A stretch of 64,000 bases of DNA from contig JASJCM010000012.1 in NCBI GenBank assembly GCA_030065985.1, forward strand, positions 136 to 64,135. The letters run 5' to 3'. This DNA comes from Woeseiaceae bacterium. GTDB lineage: Bacteria; Pseudomonadota; Gammaproteobacteria; Steroidobacterales; Woeseiaceae. The translations under genes were made by a program, and so were the position numbers. The notes under the pieces are model-generated. The model searched no databases and had not been told where the DNA came from. It worked only from the letters and a program-made list of their open reading frames with translations. Position 1 is the stretch's first letter. Every line of letters begins with the position of its first letter. This document shows positions 1 to 9,748 of the stretch, piece after piece.

Positions 1-1583
1 GCTTCTTCGGCAGCGCGCTGCAGCTCCTCCTGAAGCGCCTGCAGGTCTTCTTCACTCATGTCTTCCTCACCGCGCTGCATCGAATCGCTGTCCTGGGACT
101 GCTGGTCGGTGTCCGATGAACCTTCACTGCCTTCCTGGTTCTGCTCACCGTCACCATCGGCCTGCTGTCCATCGCCGCCAGGGTTTTGCGTCGACTGCTG
201 GTCGTCGCCCTGCGTTTGCTGATCCTGTTGTTGCTGCTGCTGCAGCTCCTTCACATAGTCGAGATTGTATTGCGCGTCCTCGTTGTCCGGCTCTCGCTGA
301 AGGACCTGCTCGTAGGCATCAATCGCCGCGTCGAAATCACCCTTCTGCGCCATCGCATTGCCGAAGTTGTAAAGGTTGCGCGTGTCGTCACCTGTCTCGA
401 ATTCCTCGGCGCTGCCCGAATAGTCACCTGCGCGATAACGCGCAACGCCTCGCCACTCGGTGTCCTCGAAGAGCGCTGCCGCGTCCGCCGCATCGCCGTT
501 CTCGAGCGCCTTCTGCGCCTGCTGATCCTTGTTGAGCCAGAGGTCATCCCAGAAAGAGGCCTGTGCGGGAAGTGGCGCAATGAAAATGACGAGCACGAGC
601 ACCCACCCCTTGCGGAATGCGAGCGCTGCCAGCGGCAGTAACAACAACACGAGCCAGGGACCCTCCTCGCGCCACTGGTCTGTCGCGAGTGCATCGTCTC
701 CGGCCGCCGCGGCCGCGGCAACCTCACCGGACAGCAGGTGATCCAGATCCCGGTCATCCGGCGACAGCACAGCGAAGCGGCCGCCACCGGCGGTCGCGAG
801 ATCACGCAGACCCCGCTCCTCGAGTCGCGCCACAGCGATCTTGCCGCGGTTGTCGGTCACGAAACCGCCCGCGAGTCGAGGGATCGGCGCGCCTTCACGC
901 GTGCCGACACCCATTACGGATAGCGTGTAGCCCGCATCTCGCAGGTCGCGTGCCGCTTTCTCGGCCGCCGGAGATGCACCACCGTCGGCGATCAGCAGCA
1001 CCTCCCCGAAACCGACGCCCGACTGCTCCAGCAATGACTGACCCTTGCGGATACCGACCTCCGGGTAGCTGCCGCGACTGGGCATGATGTCGGTGCTCAG
1101 GCTGTTAACGAGTGCAGCGATCGTGTCCGCGTCGTCGGTCAGCGGCGTAACCGTAAACGCGTTCGAGGTATACACGAGCAGCGCCGTCTGGCCGCCCTCG
1201 CGCCGATCGAGGGCGCCAAGGATCTTCAGCTTCGCGCGAGATAGCCGGCTGGGCTCAATATCGCGGGCGTCCATTGATCGGGACAGGTCCAGCGCAATCA
1301 CGAGCGCCTGCTCAGCCCGGAATACGGGCGTATCGATTCGTTGCCATGCGGGTCCGGCCAGCGCAGCCGCGGCGACGACTCCGGCGAGACCAAACAACCA
1401 CCATCTGTGGTCGTGTCCACGACCTGGCGTTCGCGACAGAACGTGCGGCATGAGCTCGGGGTCGACGATGTCACGCCAGTTGCCTGCGCCGAGCTGCCGG
1501 CGCGCGAGCATTACCGCGAAAACCACAATCACGGGAATCGCGAGCAGCCAGGCAGGACGCAGCCAGTGGAAGTCAGCCAGCAT
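1..1583 (-). CDS. BatB-like von Willebrand factor A + TPR membrane protein (partial; 3' end lies beyond the left edge)
   Basis: Absent from the ORF track because no stop codon lies inside the window. Hand translation from the ATG at 1583 overlaps the upstream gene's stop by 11 nt and stays open to position 3. It reads MLADFHWLRPAWLLAIPVIVVF.., then the VWA MIDAS-like block ALVIALDLSRSMDARD, a second hydrophobic segment, TPR-like GNAMAQKGDFDAAIDAYEQVLQREPDN, and a Q/D/E-rich tail. Confidence 0.8.
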   Translation of the reverse strand, partial: MLADFHWLRPAWLLAIPVIVVFAVMLARRQLGAGNWRDIVDPELMPHVLSRTPGRGHDHRWWLFGLAGVVAAAALAGPAWQRIDTPVFRAEQALVIALDLSRSMDARDIEPSRLSRAKLKILGALDRREGGQTALLVYTSNAFTVTPLTDDADTIAALVNSLSTDIMPSRGSYPEVGIRKGQSLLEQSGVGFGEVLLIADGGASPAAEKAARDLRDAGYTLSVMGVGTREGAPIPRLAGGFVTDNRGKIAVARLEERGLRDLATAGGGRFAVLSPDDRDLDHLLSGEVAAAAAAGDDALATDQWREEGPWLVLLLLPLAALAFRKGWVLVLVIFIAPLPAQASFWDDLWLNKDQQAQKALENGDAADAAALFEDTEWRGVARYRAGDYSGSAEEFETGDDTRNLYNFGNAMAQKGDFDAAIDAYEQVLQREPDNEDAQYNLDYVKELQQQQQQDQQTQGDDQQSTQNPGGDGQQADGDGEQNQEGSEGSSDTDQQSQDSDSMQRGEEDMSEEDLQALQEELQRAAEE

Positions 1584-2607
1584 GTGCCTGCACCTCCGCT
1601 TTGCGGCGCAGCGTGACACGCTGCATCAGGCTCGCGACGCACAGCAGGCCTGCGAGCGCGAGCGCGGCACCGAGCGGCCAGTAGAAATAGGATTTGACCG
1701 GTCGGAAGCCCGATTCGGGTTCCTCAACCGGCTCGAGTTCATCAACGAGCGCGTAGATGTCCTGCAGACTCGCCGTATCGGTGGCCCGGAAGTACCGCCC
1801 GCCAGTCAGCTGTGCAATGCGCGTCAGCGTTGTCTCATCAAGATCCGCAGACGGGTTGATCGAACGACGGCCGCCCAGTAATGACGAGACGTCCATCGAC
1901 TCAGCACCGATGCCGATCGTGTAGACCCTGAGCCCCACCTGCTGCGCGAGCTCGGCGGCTTTGAGCGGCATGACTTCGCCCGCGGTATTGGCGCCGTCGG
2001 TGAGCAGGACCAGCACCTGCTCGCCGGCGTCGGCGTCCTGCTCGTGCACGCGCCGCACGGCCAGCGTAATCGCATCGCCAATCGCCGTCTTTTCGCCGGC
2101 AAGTCCGATCTCGGCTTCGAGCAGAAGAATCTTCACAGTATCGCGATCGAGCGTCAGCGGTACCTGAAGGTAGGCTCGCTCGCCGAACAGGATGAGGCCG
2201 ATACGATCGCCTTCGCGACGCGCGATGAAGTCACTCGCGACAGCCTTGGTCGCGGTCAGGCGATCGACTCGGCGCCCGCCCAGTTCGAAGTCTTTCTGGT
2301 CCATGCTGCCCGACAGATCGACAGCCATCATCAGGTTGCGGCCGGCGACCGGCACATCGAGTTCGTCGCCAATGCGCTCGGGGCGAGCCGCGGCAAATAC
2401 CAGCAGGAACCAGGCAAGCACCGCTACCCAGAACCGCCAATTCAGCATCTTCTCGGCATCCGAGCGATCGCGCAGCGACTCGAATCCTGACAGGTTAGGC
2501 ACCTTGAGACCGGCCTCGGCGAGGCCACGGGCTTCGGGCAGCAGTTTTCGCATCAGCCACGGCAGCGGCAGCGCGAGCAAGGCATAAGGCCAGGCAAGCG
2601 ACCACAT
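1573..2607 (-). CDS. BatA-like VWA domain membrane protein
   Basis: 344 aa. N-terminal TM segments, a VWA MIDAS block LMMAVDLSGSMD and a C-terminal TM. Start overlaps the stop of the DUF4381 gene. Confidence 0.85.
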   Translation of the reverse strand: MWSLAWPYALLALPLPWLMRKLLPEARGLAEAGLKVPNLSGFESLRDRSDAEKMLNWRFWVAVLAWFLLVFAAARPERIGDELDVPVAGRNLMMAVDLSGSMDQKDFELGGRRVDRLTATKAVASDFIARREGDRIGLILFGERAYLQVPLTLDRDTVKILLLEAEIGLAGEKTAIGDAITLAVRRVHEQDADAGEQVLVLLTDGANTAGEVMPLKAAELAQQVGLRVYTIGIGAESMDVSSLLGGRRSINPSADLDETTLTRIAQLTGGRYFRATDTASLQDIYALVDELEPVEEPESGFRPVKSYFYWPLGAALALAGLLCVASLMQRVTLRRKAEVQAHAG

Positions 2608-3098
2608 CAGGCGGTCTCCCGCAACGGGATGCTGAGGCGCATCCGCACGGCGGACACAAGCGCACCGATGTCAGTATCCGAAAAATCGCCGTCCGGATCG
2701 CGGTACGGCAGGGTCAGAAGACTCTTGCCACCCTCGGTATGGAAATAAGGCAATGGCATGCCCTGATCGAGCCAGGCAAGCCACGCATCGCCCGTGAGCC
2801 CGGCGACGTCGGCGCGCGGTGCGTAGGCGAGCATCCCGCGGCGCAGCAGTTCGGAGAGCTGCTTGCCCAGCGTCACAGGATTGCGATGCTCGAGGTAGGC
2901 AGCCTCCAGTTTCGAGAGCTCGCGCAGCGCATACCGACGCGGCGCATTAAAACGCCAGGCCCTGGACCAGCGCCAGGCCAGGTAGGCGCATCCGATGACA
3001 AACAGCGCGATAAGCACCCACCAGCCCGGTGCCAGCGGCCACCACCCGACCGTCTCGGGCAGCTGCAAATCCCTGAGTGGCAATGCGTCGTCGTTCAT
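2607..3098 (-). CDS. DUF4381 domain membrane protein
   Basis: Start trimmed to the ATG at 3098, 2 nt after the DUF58 stop. Motif WWPLAPGWWVLIALFVI is followed by a conserved helical region. This is the usual position in MoxR/DUF58/VWA operons. Confidence 0.7.
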   Translation of the reverse strand: MNDDALPLRDLQLPETVGWWPLAPGWWVLIALFVIGCAYLAWRWSRAWRFNAPRRYALRELSKLEAAYLEHRNPVTLGKQLSELLRRGMLAYAPRADVAGLTGDAWLAWLDQGMPLPYFHTEGGKSLLTLPYRDPDGDFSDTDIGALVSAVRMRLSIPLRETA

Positions 3099-3100
3099 CG

Positions 3101-4039
3101 CTAGTGGGTCCTGCGGCCGAGGGCCGTCTGCAGCGCGCTCACCGGGTCTTCGTCGGTCGACATTGGCATCAGGTGCACGTGATAGGTCTGGCAAAAACGC
3201 TCGAGCGTATGCAGTCGATCGTCAAATGACTTTGCGTAGTCGCGACGCGCGGGTGCCGCGTAAGTGTCGATGGACAGTTCATCGTCATCGGACACAAGTC
3301 GATAACGGCCCGGCGGTGGCAGCTCGCGTTCGATCGGATCGTTCATGAATATCGCCAGCACTTCACTGTGGCGGGCAACGCTCGACAGGTAGGACTGTGC
3401 GGCACGATCGAAGCCTGCGAAGTCGCTGACAACGACAACGAGGCTGCCGGGGCGTGCGACCCGACGCAGCGCCGACATCGCCTGCAGCAGAGGATCGATA
3501 CCATTCGGTTCTGCCTCCCGCTTTTGCCAGTCACGATGTTCGGCAAGCTCGTGCACGAAACGGAGCGCCGAGCGCCTCCCGAGGCGCGGTTTGAGCTCGC
3601 GATGCGACGTGTCGCCGAAGATCAGGCCACCCAGGCGGTCACCACGATGGTGGGCAGCCCAGGCCAACAGTGCGGCAGCGCGGCTCGCGTTAACCGACTT
3701 GAAGCAGCCGCGCGTAGCAAAATGCATGTTCGAGCGCAGGTCGACCGCAACCAGTACCGGTCGTTCGCGCTCTTCACGGAACAGCTTGGTATAGGCCGTT
3801 GTACTGCGGGCCGTCACGCGCCAGTCGATGCTGCGCGGGTCATCACCGGGCTGGTACGGCCGGGATTCATCGAACTCCATGCCACGACCGCGGAAGCGCG
3901 AAACGTAAGCGCCTGTCTGCAGCGAGTTGACGCGCAGGACGTCGAGCGCTATGGCGCGGGCAGGCCCGGAGAGCCGGATCAGGCCAGGCTGGCTGACACT
4001 GACCGGGGATGCGCCTTCGTAGATGTGGTCGAGACGCAT
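3101..4039 (-). CDS. DUF58 family protein (MoxR-associated, VWA-like)
   Basis: 312 aa. Motif SRPYQPGDDPRSIDWRVTAR matches the DUF58 signature as I recall it. Lies immediately downstream of the MoxR ATPase. Confidence 0.85.
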   Translation of the reverse strand: MRLDHIYEGASPVSVSQPGLIRLSGPARAIALDVLRVNSLQTGAYVSRFRGRGMEFDESRPYQPGDDPRSIDWRVTARSTTAYTKLFREERERPVLVAVDLRSNMHFATRGCFKSVNASRAAALLAWAAHHRGDRLGGLIFGDTSHRELKPRLGRRSALRFVHELAEHRDWQKREAEPNGIDPLLQAMSALRRVARPGSLVVVVSDFAGFDRAAQSYLSSVARHSEVLAIFMNDPIERELPPPGRYRLVSDDDELSIDTYAAPARRDYAKSFDDRLHTLERFCQTYHVHLMPMSTDEDPVSALQTALGRRTH

Positions 4040-4047
4040 GCCGGAAC

Positions 4048-5019
<972 letters not shown>

Positions 5020-5108
5020 TTACTCCGTTCGGCAAAGCGCGTGTCAGTAAAGCAGCTCGACATTTTAGTACTATTGTCCGGAATTTCGACCATGGATGAC
5101 CTCAGACA

Positions 5109-5672
5109 TTGCATCTATTAAGGGATTCCCTTGGAATCAGTTTCGTCGCACTGGCCCTTGCTGGCTGTGCGGAGGACGAATCGCCACCTGCGCCAGCGGA
5201 GCCTGAACCCGCAGTGGCAGCGTCCACGTGCGGCGAGGCTGGCTACCTGCGCGCCACGCTGTCTGGCGCCCTGACCGCCGAGCTGGACTGGCCTGACGCG
5301 GCTTTGCGCTGCGAGAGCATGCGCCGCCCGGACGACCGCGGCGTGCGGCTGCGTCTGTCGGGCGAGATAGGCAATGAACGTCTCGCATTTATTATCGCCG
5401 TGCCGGAGCTCGAAGCCGATGAAACGGGCGCCGAGTTCGATAGCGTCGTCACGATTACGGTCGCTGGCAGCGGCCGCTTCTTCAGCACGGCCAATCTTGG
5501 CGCCTGCTGGACCGACGTCGAAAAGAACACGCCACTGGATGACACAGACGGTCCCCGTATTGTCGCCGGCAGCGTGACCTGCGTCGGGCCACTCGGTGAA
5601 TTCAATGGTGATGCCTACGTCGACGTTCGCAGCCTGGTATTTTCGGGTATCGCCGACTGGAATGCCACGTGA
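5109..5672 (+). CDS. hypothetical lipoprotein
   Basis: TTG start. Signal peptide with lipobox LAGC. No recognised domain. Confidence 0.55.
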   Translation: MHLLRDSLGISFVALALAGCAEDESPPAPAEPEPAVAASTCGEAGYLRATLSGALTAELDWPDAALRCESMRRPDDRGVRLRLSGEIGNERLAFIIAVPELEADETGAEFDSVVTITVAGSGRFFSTANLGACWTDVEKNTPLDDTDGPRIVAGSVTCVGPLGEFNGDAYVDVRSLVFSGIADWNAT

Positions 5673-6142
5673 GGGCGTGGATTGTTGTCCTGGCTTTGTC
5701 GCTCGCGGCCTGCAGTCCCCCGACCACAACGCCCCGAACCGGCACCGTGCCGGATCTCGATGCGAGATTTGCATTCGATTCACTGACCGTCATCAATGAT
5801 CATGGCGAGGAACTCGAGTTCGACGCTTACCTTGCAACGGACTTCGAGCAGCACCGTCGTGGGCTTATGTTCGTGCGAGGCATGCCGGAGCGCACCGGCA
5901 TGCTGTTTATCTACGACACCGAAGAGATACGGTCGATGTGGATGAAGAACACCTACATACCGCTGGACATGGTGTTCGCACGCACGGATGGCTCAGTGAT
6001 CAATGTCGTCACCGACACGGTGCCACAAACGCTGAACTCGCATCGCTCTGCCGAACCTGCGCGCTACGTGCTTGAGCTCAACGCGGGCACGGCCAGACGT
6101 CTCGGTATTGGTATTGCCAGTCGAATTGTAAGGGACGACTGA
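5669..6142 (+). CDS. DUF192 domain protein (exported or lipoprotein)
   Basis: GTGA start/stop overlap with the upstream gene. Lipobox LAAC. The block MLFIYD..MWMKNTYIPLDMVF..YVLELNAG fits DUF192 as I recall it. Confidence 0.75.
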   Translation: MRAWIVVLALSLAACSPPTTTPRTGTVPDLDARFAFDSLTVINDHGEELEFDAYLATDFEQHRRGLMFVRGMPERTGMLFIYDTEEIRSMWMKNTYIPLDMVFARTDGSVINVVTDTVPQTLNSHRSAEPARYVLELNAGTARRLGIGIASRIVRDD

Positions 6143-6729
6143 TGAGCAGAAACGACAGACAGAACATTCAAACCTTCGTTGGCGTCGTGGCACTGATTGG
6201 GGGTTTGGCAGCGCTCTGGCTGGCGAGCGTCGGCGCAAACGACGAACAGATTCGCTTTACGATGCGCGAAAGCGCCTTCATTGCTTTCGCGCTCTATGTC
6301 GTAGTGCTGGTCGCTCGACCGCTGCAGCAATTACTGCGCAAGGACTGGACGGCGAAGCTGCTGCGCAACCGGCGCCTGCTTGGCGTTGCGTTCGCCGCGG
6401 CGATGACCGCGCACCTGGGACTGATCGCTTACCGCTTCGGGACGCAGCCGGAACTCGAGTTTTCGCCGGACCCGTTCGGTGTGGGCGCCTACGCCGTGTT
6501 CTACGTGATGCTCATCACATCGTTTGACGCGCCGAAGAAAGCGCTGGGCCCCAGGGCCTGGAAGTTGCTGCATCGCATCGGTCTGCTCTACGCAGCAGTC
6601 ATCTTCGCCGTGCCGCGGCCACTCGAAACCGTGACCGAACCCGAATACCTCAGGTACGGCATACCGTTTGCGATCGCGGTTCTGATTCGGTTTACAGCGT
6701 GGCGGCGATCGAGTCGGCAAGATAGTTGA
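6142..6729 (+). CDS. membrane protein, ferric-reductase-like / MsrQ-like transmembrane domain
   Basis: TGATG overlap with the DUF192 gene. Five to six TM helices with conserved His residues (AAAMTAHLG, LLHRIG). Family assignment is tentative. Confidence 0.5.
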   Translation: MSRNDRQNIQTFVGVVALIGGLAALWLASVGANDEQIRFTMRESAFIAFALYVVVLVARPLQQLLRKDWTAKLLRNRRLLGVAFAAAMTAHLGLIAYRFGTQPELEFSPDPFGVGAYAVFYVMLITSFDAPKKALGPRAWKLLHRIGLLYAAVIFAVPRPLETVTEPEYLRYGIPFAIAVLIRFTAWRRSSRQDS

Positions 6730-7873
6730 CGTTGTGCGCGGTTATGCCGGCCGTATTGATGCGGCTGGACCCAACCATGTAGACGCCGTACTCCTTTTTG
6801 AGGCGATTGACCTGTTCTTCGCTGATGCCCAGGAAGCAGAACATGCCTACAGCTCGCACAAGGTGCGAGAAGTCATGTTCAGGCGCCTTCGTTTTCAACG
6901 CGTCATGCAGCATCTCACGCATCTCGCGAAGTCGACCACGCATTTCGGCGAGTTCGACGCGCCAGGCGGCCTTGAGATCGGGGTCGCCAAGGATCATCGC
7001 CACGACGACAGCACCGTGGTCTGGCGGCACGGAGTAGATCGTGCGCACAACGTTGTTCATCTGGCTATTGACGATGTCTCGTGATGCCTGGTCGGGCGCG
7101 AGCACCGACAGGCTGCCAACGCGATCGCGATACAGGCCGAAGTTCTTCGAACACGAATTCGATACGATCATCTCGGGGACGCGAGCTGCAAGGTGCCGCA
7201 CGATAAACGCATCGTCCGTCAGGCTGCGCGCGAACCCCTGGTAGGCCATGTCGACAAAAGGCACGAGATCGCGCTCGACAATGACATCCGCGATAGCGCG
7301 CCACTCATCTTCAGACGGATCAACGCCGGACGGGTTGTGGCAGCAGGCGTGCAGCAGGACGATGTCACCTTTGTCGACCTTGCTGAGCGTGTCGAGCATC
7401 TCGTCAACTTTGATGACGTGCTTCTTCGCGTCGTAATAAGGGTGCGTCGCGAGCTCGAGTCCCGCCCCACCGAGCAGCGGGATGTGATTTGCCCACGTCG
7501 GATCCGAAACCCAGACCTTTGCATTGGGGCGTGCGCGCAGAATCAGGCTCGCGGCTACGCGCAAGCTGCCTGAGCCACCGGGGGCCTGGATCGTCACCAG
7601 CCTGTCCGCATCAACCGAGTCGGCAAACGTGAGCTCCTGCATCGCCGCATTGAAGTCCGGGTCGCCAGCCGTGCCGATGTAGGCTTTGCTGGCCTGCGTG
7701 TCGACCAGACGTTGCTCAGCGAGCTTGACGACGTCGAGTACGGGGGTCTCCCCCTCCGCAGTTCGAAAAACACCAACACCGAGATCGATCTTTTCGGGGC
7801 GCGGGTCGTTCCTGTGCTCGGCAATGAGGCCGAGGATCGCATCGGCCGGTGCGGCCTTGAGAGTTTCAAACAC
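6692..7873 (-). CDS. aspC: aspartate/aromatic amino acid aminotransferase (AspC/TyrB family)
   Basis: Start trimmed to the GTG at 7873, preceded by GGAG. N-terminus VFETLKAAPADAILGL resembles AspC. PLP-lysine motif SKNFGLYRDRVG. Confidence 0.9.
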   Translation of the reverse strand: MFETLKAAPADAILGLIAEHRNDPRPEKIDLGVGVFRTAEGETPVLDVVKLAEQRLVDTQASKAYIGTAGDPDFNAAMQELTFADSVDADRLVTIQAPGGSGSLRVAASLILRARPNAKVWVSDPTWANHIPLLGGAGLELATHPYYDAKKHVIKVDEMLDTLSKVDKGDIVLLHACCHNPSGVDPSEDEWRAIADVIVERDLVPFVDMAYQGFARSLTDDAFIVRHLAARVPEMIVSNSCSKNFGLYRDRVGSLSVLAPDQASRDIVNSQMNNVVRTIYSVPPDHGAVVVAMILGDPDLKAAWRVELAEMRGRLREMREMLHDALKTKAPEHDFSHLVRAVGMFCFLGISEEQVNRLKKEYGVYMVGSSRINTAGITAHNVNYLADSIAATL

Positions 7874-7923
7874 GGCGGGTCTCCAAAGTGAACCCGGATT
7901 GTATAAATGAAAGGGGCACAAAT

Positions 7924-7949
7924 GAAAACGCCGGCGTGATAGCCGGCGT
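7924..7949 (-). terminator. rho-independent terminator after the HiPIP gene
   Basis: On the minus strand, ACGCCGGC-TATCAC-GCCGGCGT (perfect 8-bp GC stem) is followed by TTTCATTT. It lies 26 nt after the HiPIP stop. Confidence 0.7.
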
Positions 7950-7974
7950 CTTCGTTACCTGAGTAATGGTCGGA

Positions 7975-8298
7975 TCAGGCCTTAGGCGCCCACACGGAAC
8001 ACCAGCCGGCCGCGTTAACGACTTTCCCCGGGAAGATCTGGCACGGACGCCAGGCATCACCGTCGGCACCCTGGATCAGTGCGCAGTTGGCGCAGTTCTG
8101 CTCAGGCGCGGGGTTGTTACGGGTGGCCGGGTCGACTGTCGAAGCGTCGTGCACATACTTCATGGCCTTCGCCATCGGGTCGTCTTCCGTAAGCTGCGGA
8201 AGGTCACCGGCGACGGCTTCGCGACCGGGGTTGATGAAACAGCCTGCTGCGGCAACAGCAGACAGCTGAATGAATTGGCGACGTGCAATCTTGCTCAA
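7975..8298 (-). CDS. high-potential iron-sulfur protein (HiPIP), Tat-exported
   Basis: Start trimmed to the TTG at 8298, 6 nt after AGGAGA. Twin-arginine signal SKIARRQFIQ. Four-Cys pattern CANC..WRPC..GWCSVW. Confidence 0.85.
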   Translation of the reverse strand: MSKIARRQFIQLSAVAAAGCFINPGREAVAGDLPQLTEDDPMAKAMKYVHDASTVDPATRNNPAPEQNCANCALIQGADGDAWRPCQIFPGKVVNAAGWCSVWAPKA

Positions 8299-8459
8299 GG
8301 GAATCTCCTGCAAAGTGTGGTGCGGTGCTATGGCGCAAATTCTATAAAGAAAGTCGCAGCGCACTCCAAGTCCTTTTTGTAACAGGATATTCTCGCGCTT
8401 GAGACTCATTCGCATTACGTCCTGAAGGCCGCGTCACTGCGATATACTGGCTTGCCGAA

Positions 8460-9299
8460 TTGCCGGAAAAACGCCGCATGACAGGCCGAAGCCAGGCAGT
8501 AGACGTAGCAAGAATGCGCGCCCATTTGCGCGAATCCGTCGACGACAGGGTCGCCATCGAGGAGCCCCTGGAGATTCGGCTTGGCTACAGCGCGGGCGGC
8601 GAGCGACGAACTTCGAGTGTTTCGATCACGATGCGCACGCCCTGCGACGATGAGGACCTCGCGACCGGCTTCCTGTTCACGGAAGGTATCGTGCGATCCC
8701 GGGACGATATTGCGATCGTCAAACCCTGCCGCGGCGACAACACCATACGCGTTGAGCTCGAGGACGATGTCGCCGTGGATCTCGAGCGCCTGCAACGTCA
8801 CTTCTATACGACGTCGAGCTGCGGCGTCTGCGGAAAAGCCTCGCTCGAGGCTCTGTACGCTCAGGGCGCAGAGGCGCCCGTCCTCCCTGGCACAATATTC
8901 GCGCGGGACGTGCTCACCGCGATTCCCGGGAAACTGCGCGAAAAACAGGCAACGTTCGAAGAGACCGGCGGTCTGCACGCGGCTGCGGCATTTACGCCAC
9001 AGGGTGAACTCGTTGTCGTTCGCGAGGACGTCGGCCGCCACAATGCCGTCGACAAGGTCATCGGTGCGCTGTTGATGCAGGATGAAGTGCCCGCAGCATC
9101 GCTCGGACTGATGGTCTCGGGTCGCGCCAGTTTCGAACTGATGCAAAAGGCATTGCTCGCCGGCATGCCGTTGCTTGCGGCCGTCAGCGCGCCGTCAAGT
9201 CTTGCAGTGCAATTGGCGCGGGAGTTCAATGTAACGCTGATCGGATTCCTGCGTGGCGACACGTTTAATGTCTACGCCGGTGAGGAGCGGCTGGCCTGA
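8460..9299 (+). CDS. fdhD: formate dehydrogenase accessory sulfurtransferase FdhD (FdsC)
   Basis: Motifs SSCGVCGKASLE, GGLHAAA and DVGRHNAVDKV. The true start may be the ATG at 8478. Confidence 0.9.
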   Translation: MPEKRRMTGRSQAVDVARMRAHLRESVDDRVAIEEPLEIRLGYSAGGERRTSSVSITMRTPCDDEDLATGFLFTEGIVRSRDDIAIVKPCRGDNTIRVELEDDVAVDLERLQRHFYTTSSCGVCGKASLEALYAQGAEAPVLPGTIFARDVLTAIPGKLREKQATFEETGGLHAAAAFTPQGELVVVREDVGRHNAVDKVIGALLMQDEVPAASLGLMVSGRASFELMQKALLAGMPLLAAVSAPSSLAVQLAREFNVTLIGFLRGDTFNVYAGEERLA

Positions 9300-9748
9300 T
9301 GAGCGCAAACTCAATTGACAAGGCGTCGGTGTCTGACATCGTCGACCGCTTCGGCAGCAGGCCGGAAATGCTCGTGCAGATTCTGCAGTCGATCGTGCAG
9401 GTGCATGGCTGGATATCTGAGGACGTTATCCGCCAGCTGGCCAGCGACCTCAACCTGTCCCGTGCCGACGTCCATGGCGTAGTCGAGTACTACCACGACT
9501 TCCGAACGTCACCGCCCGGCAAACACATCGTAAAGGTTTGCCAGGCCGAGGCCTGCCAGGCGATGGGCAGTCGTGAACTAACCTCTCACGCAGAGCAGGC
9601 CGTCGGCAAAGACACGACGCTCGAAGACGTGTACTGCCTCGGCAACTGTGCATGCGCGCCCGCGGTGATGGTCAACGGTCGTACTCACGGCCGCGTCGAT
9701 GCCGAGCGATTCGATACGCTCATCGGTGCATTGGAGGGTCGGGACTGA
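9299..9748 (+). CDS. fdsG: NAD-dependent formate dehydrogenase gamma subunit (NuoE-like 2Fe-2S)
   Basis: 149 aa. Cys pattern CQAEAC ... CLGNCACAP. TGATG overlap with fdhD. Confidence 0.88.
   Translation: MSANSIDKASVSDIVDRFGSRPEMLVQILQSIVQVHGWISEDVIRQLASDLNLSRADVHGVVEYYHDFRTSPPGKHIVKVCQAEACQAMGSRELTSHAEQAVGKDTTLEDVYCLGNCACAPAVMVNGRTHGRVDAERFDTLIGALEGRD

Noticed and set aside
60-260. CAG/CAA-rich repetitive DNA that might be a tandem repeat or array.
   Set aside because: It is in frame within the BatB-like gene and encodes a Q/D/E-rich low-complexity tail. It has no regular repeat-spacer periodicity.
116-1881. Several plus-strand ORFs (116-535, 186-641, 617-1087, 1084-1881) and the minus-strand ORF 251-805 listed in the track.
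   Set aside because: All are Arg/Ala/Ser/Pro-rich low-complexity translations, as expected for wrong frames of high-GC DNA. They lie inside the well-formed BatB-like frame that I translated by hand from 1583 to the window edge.
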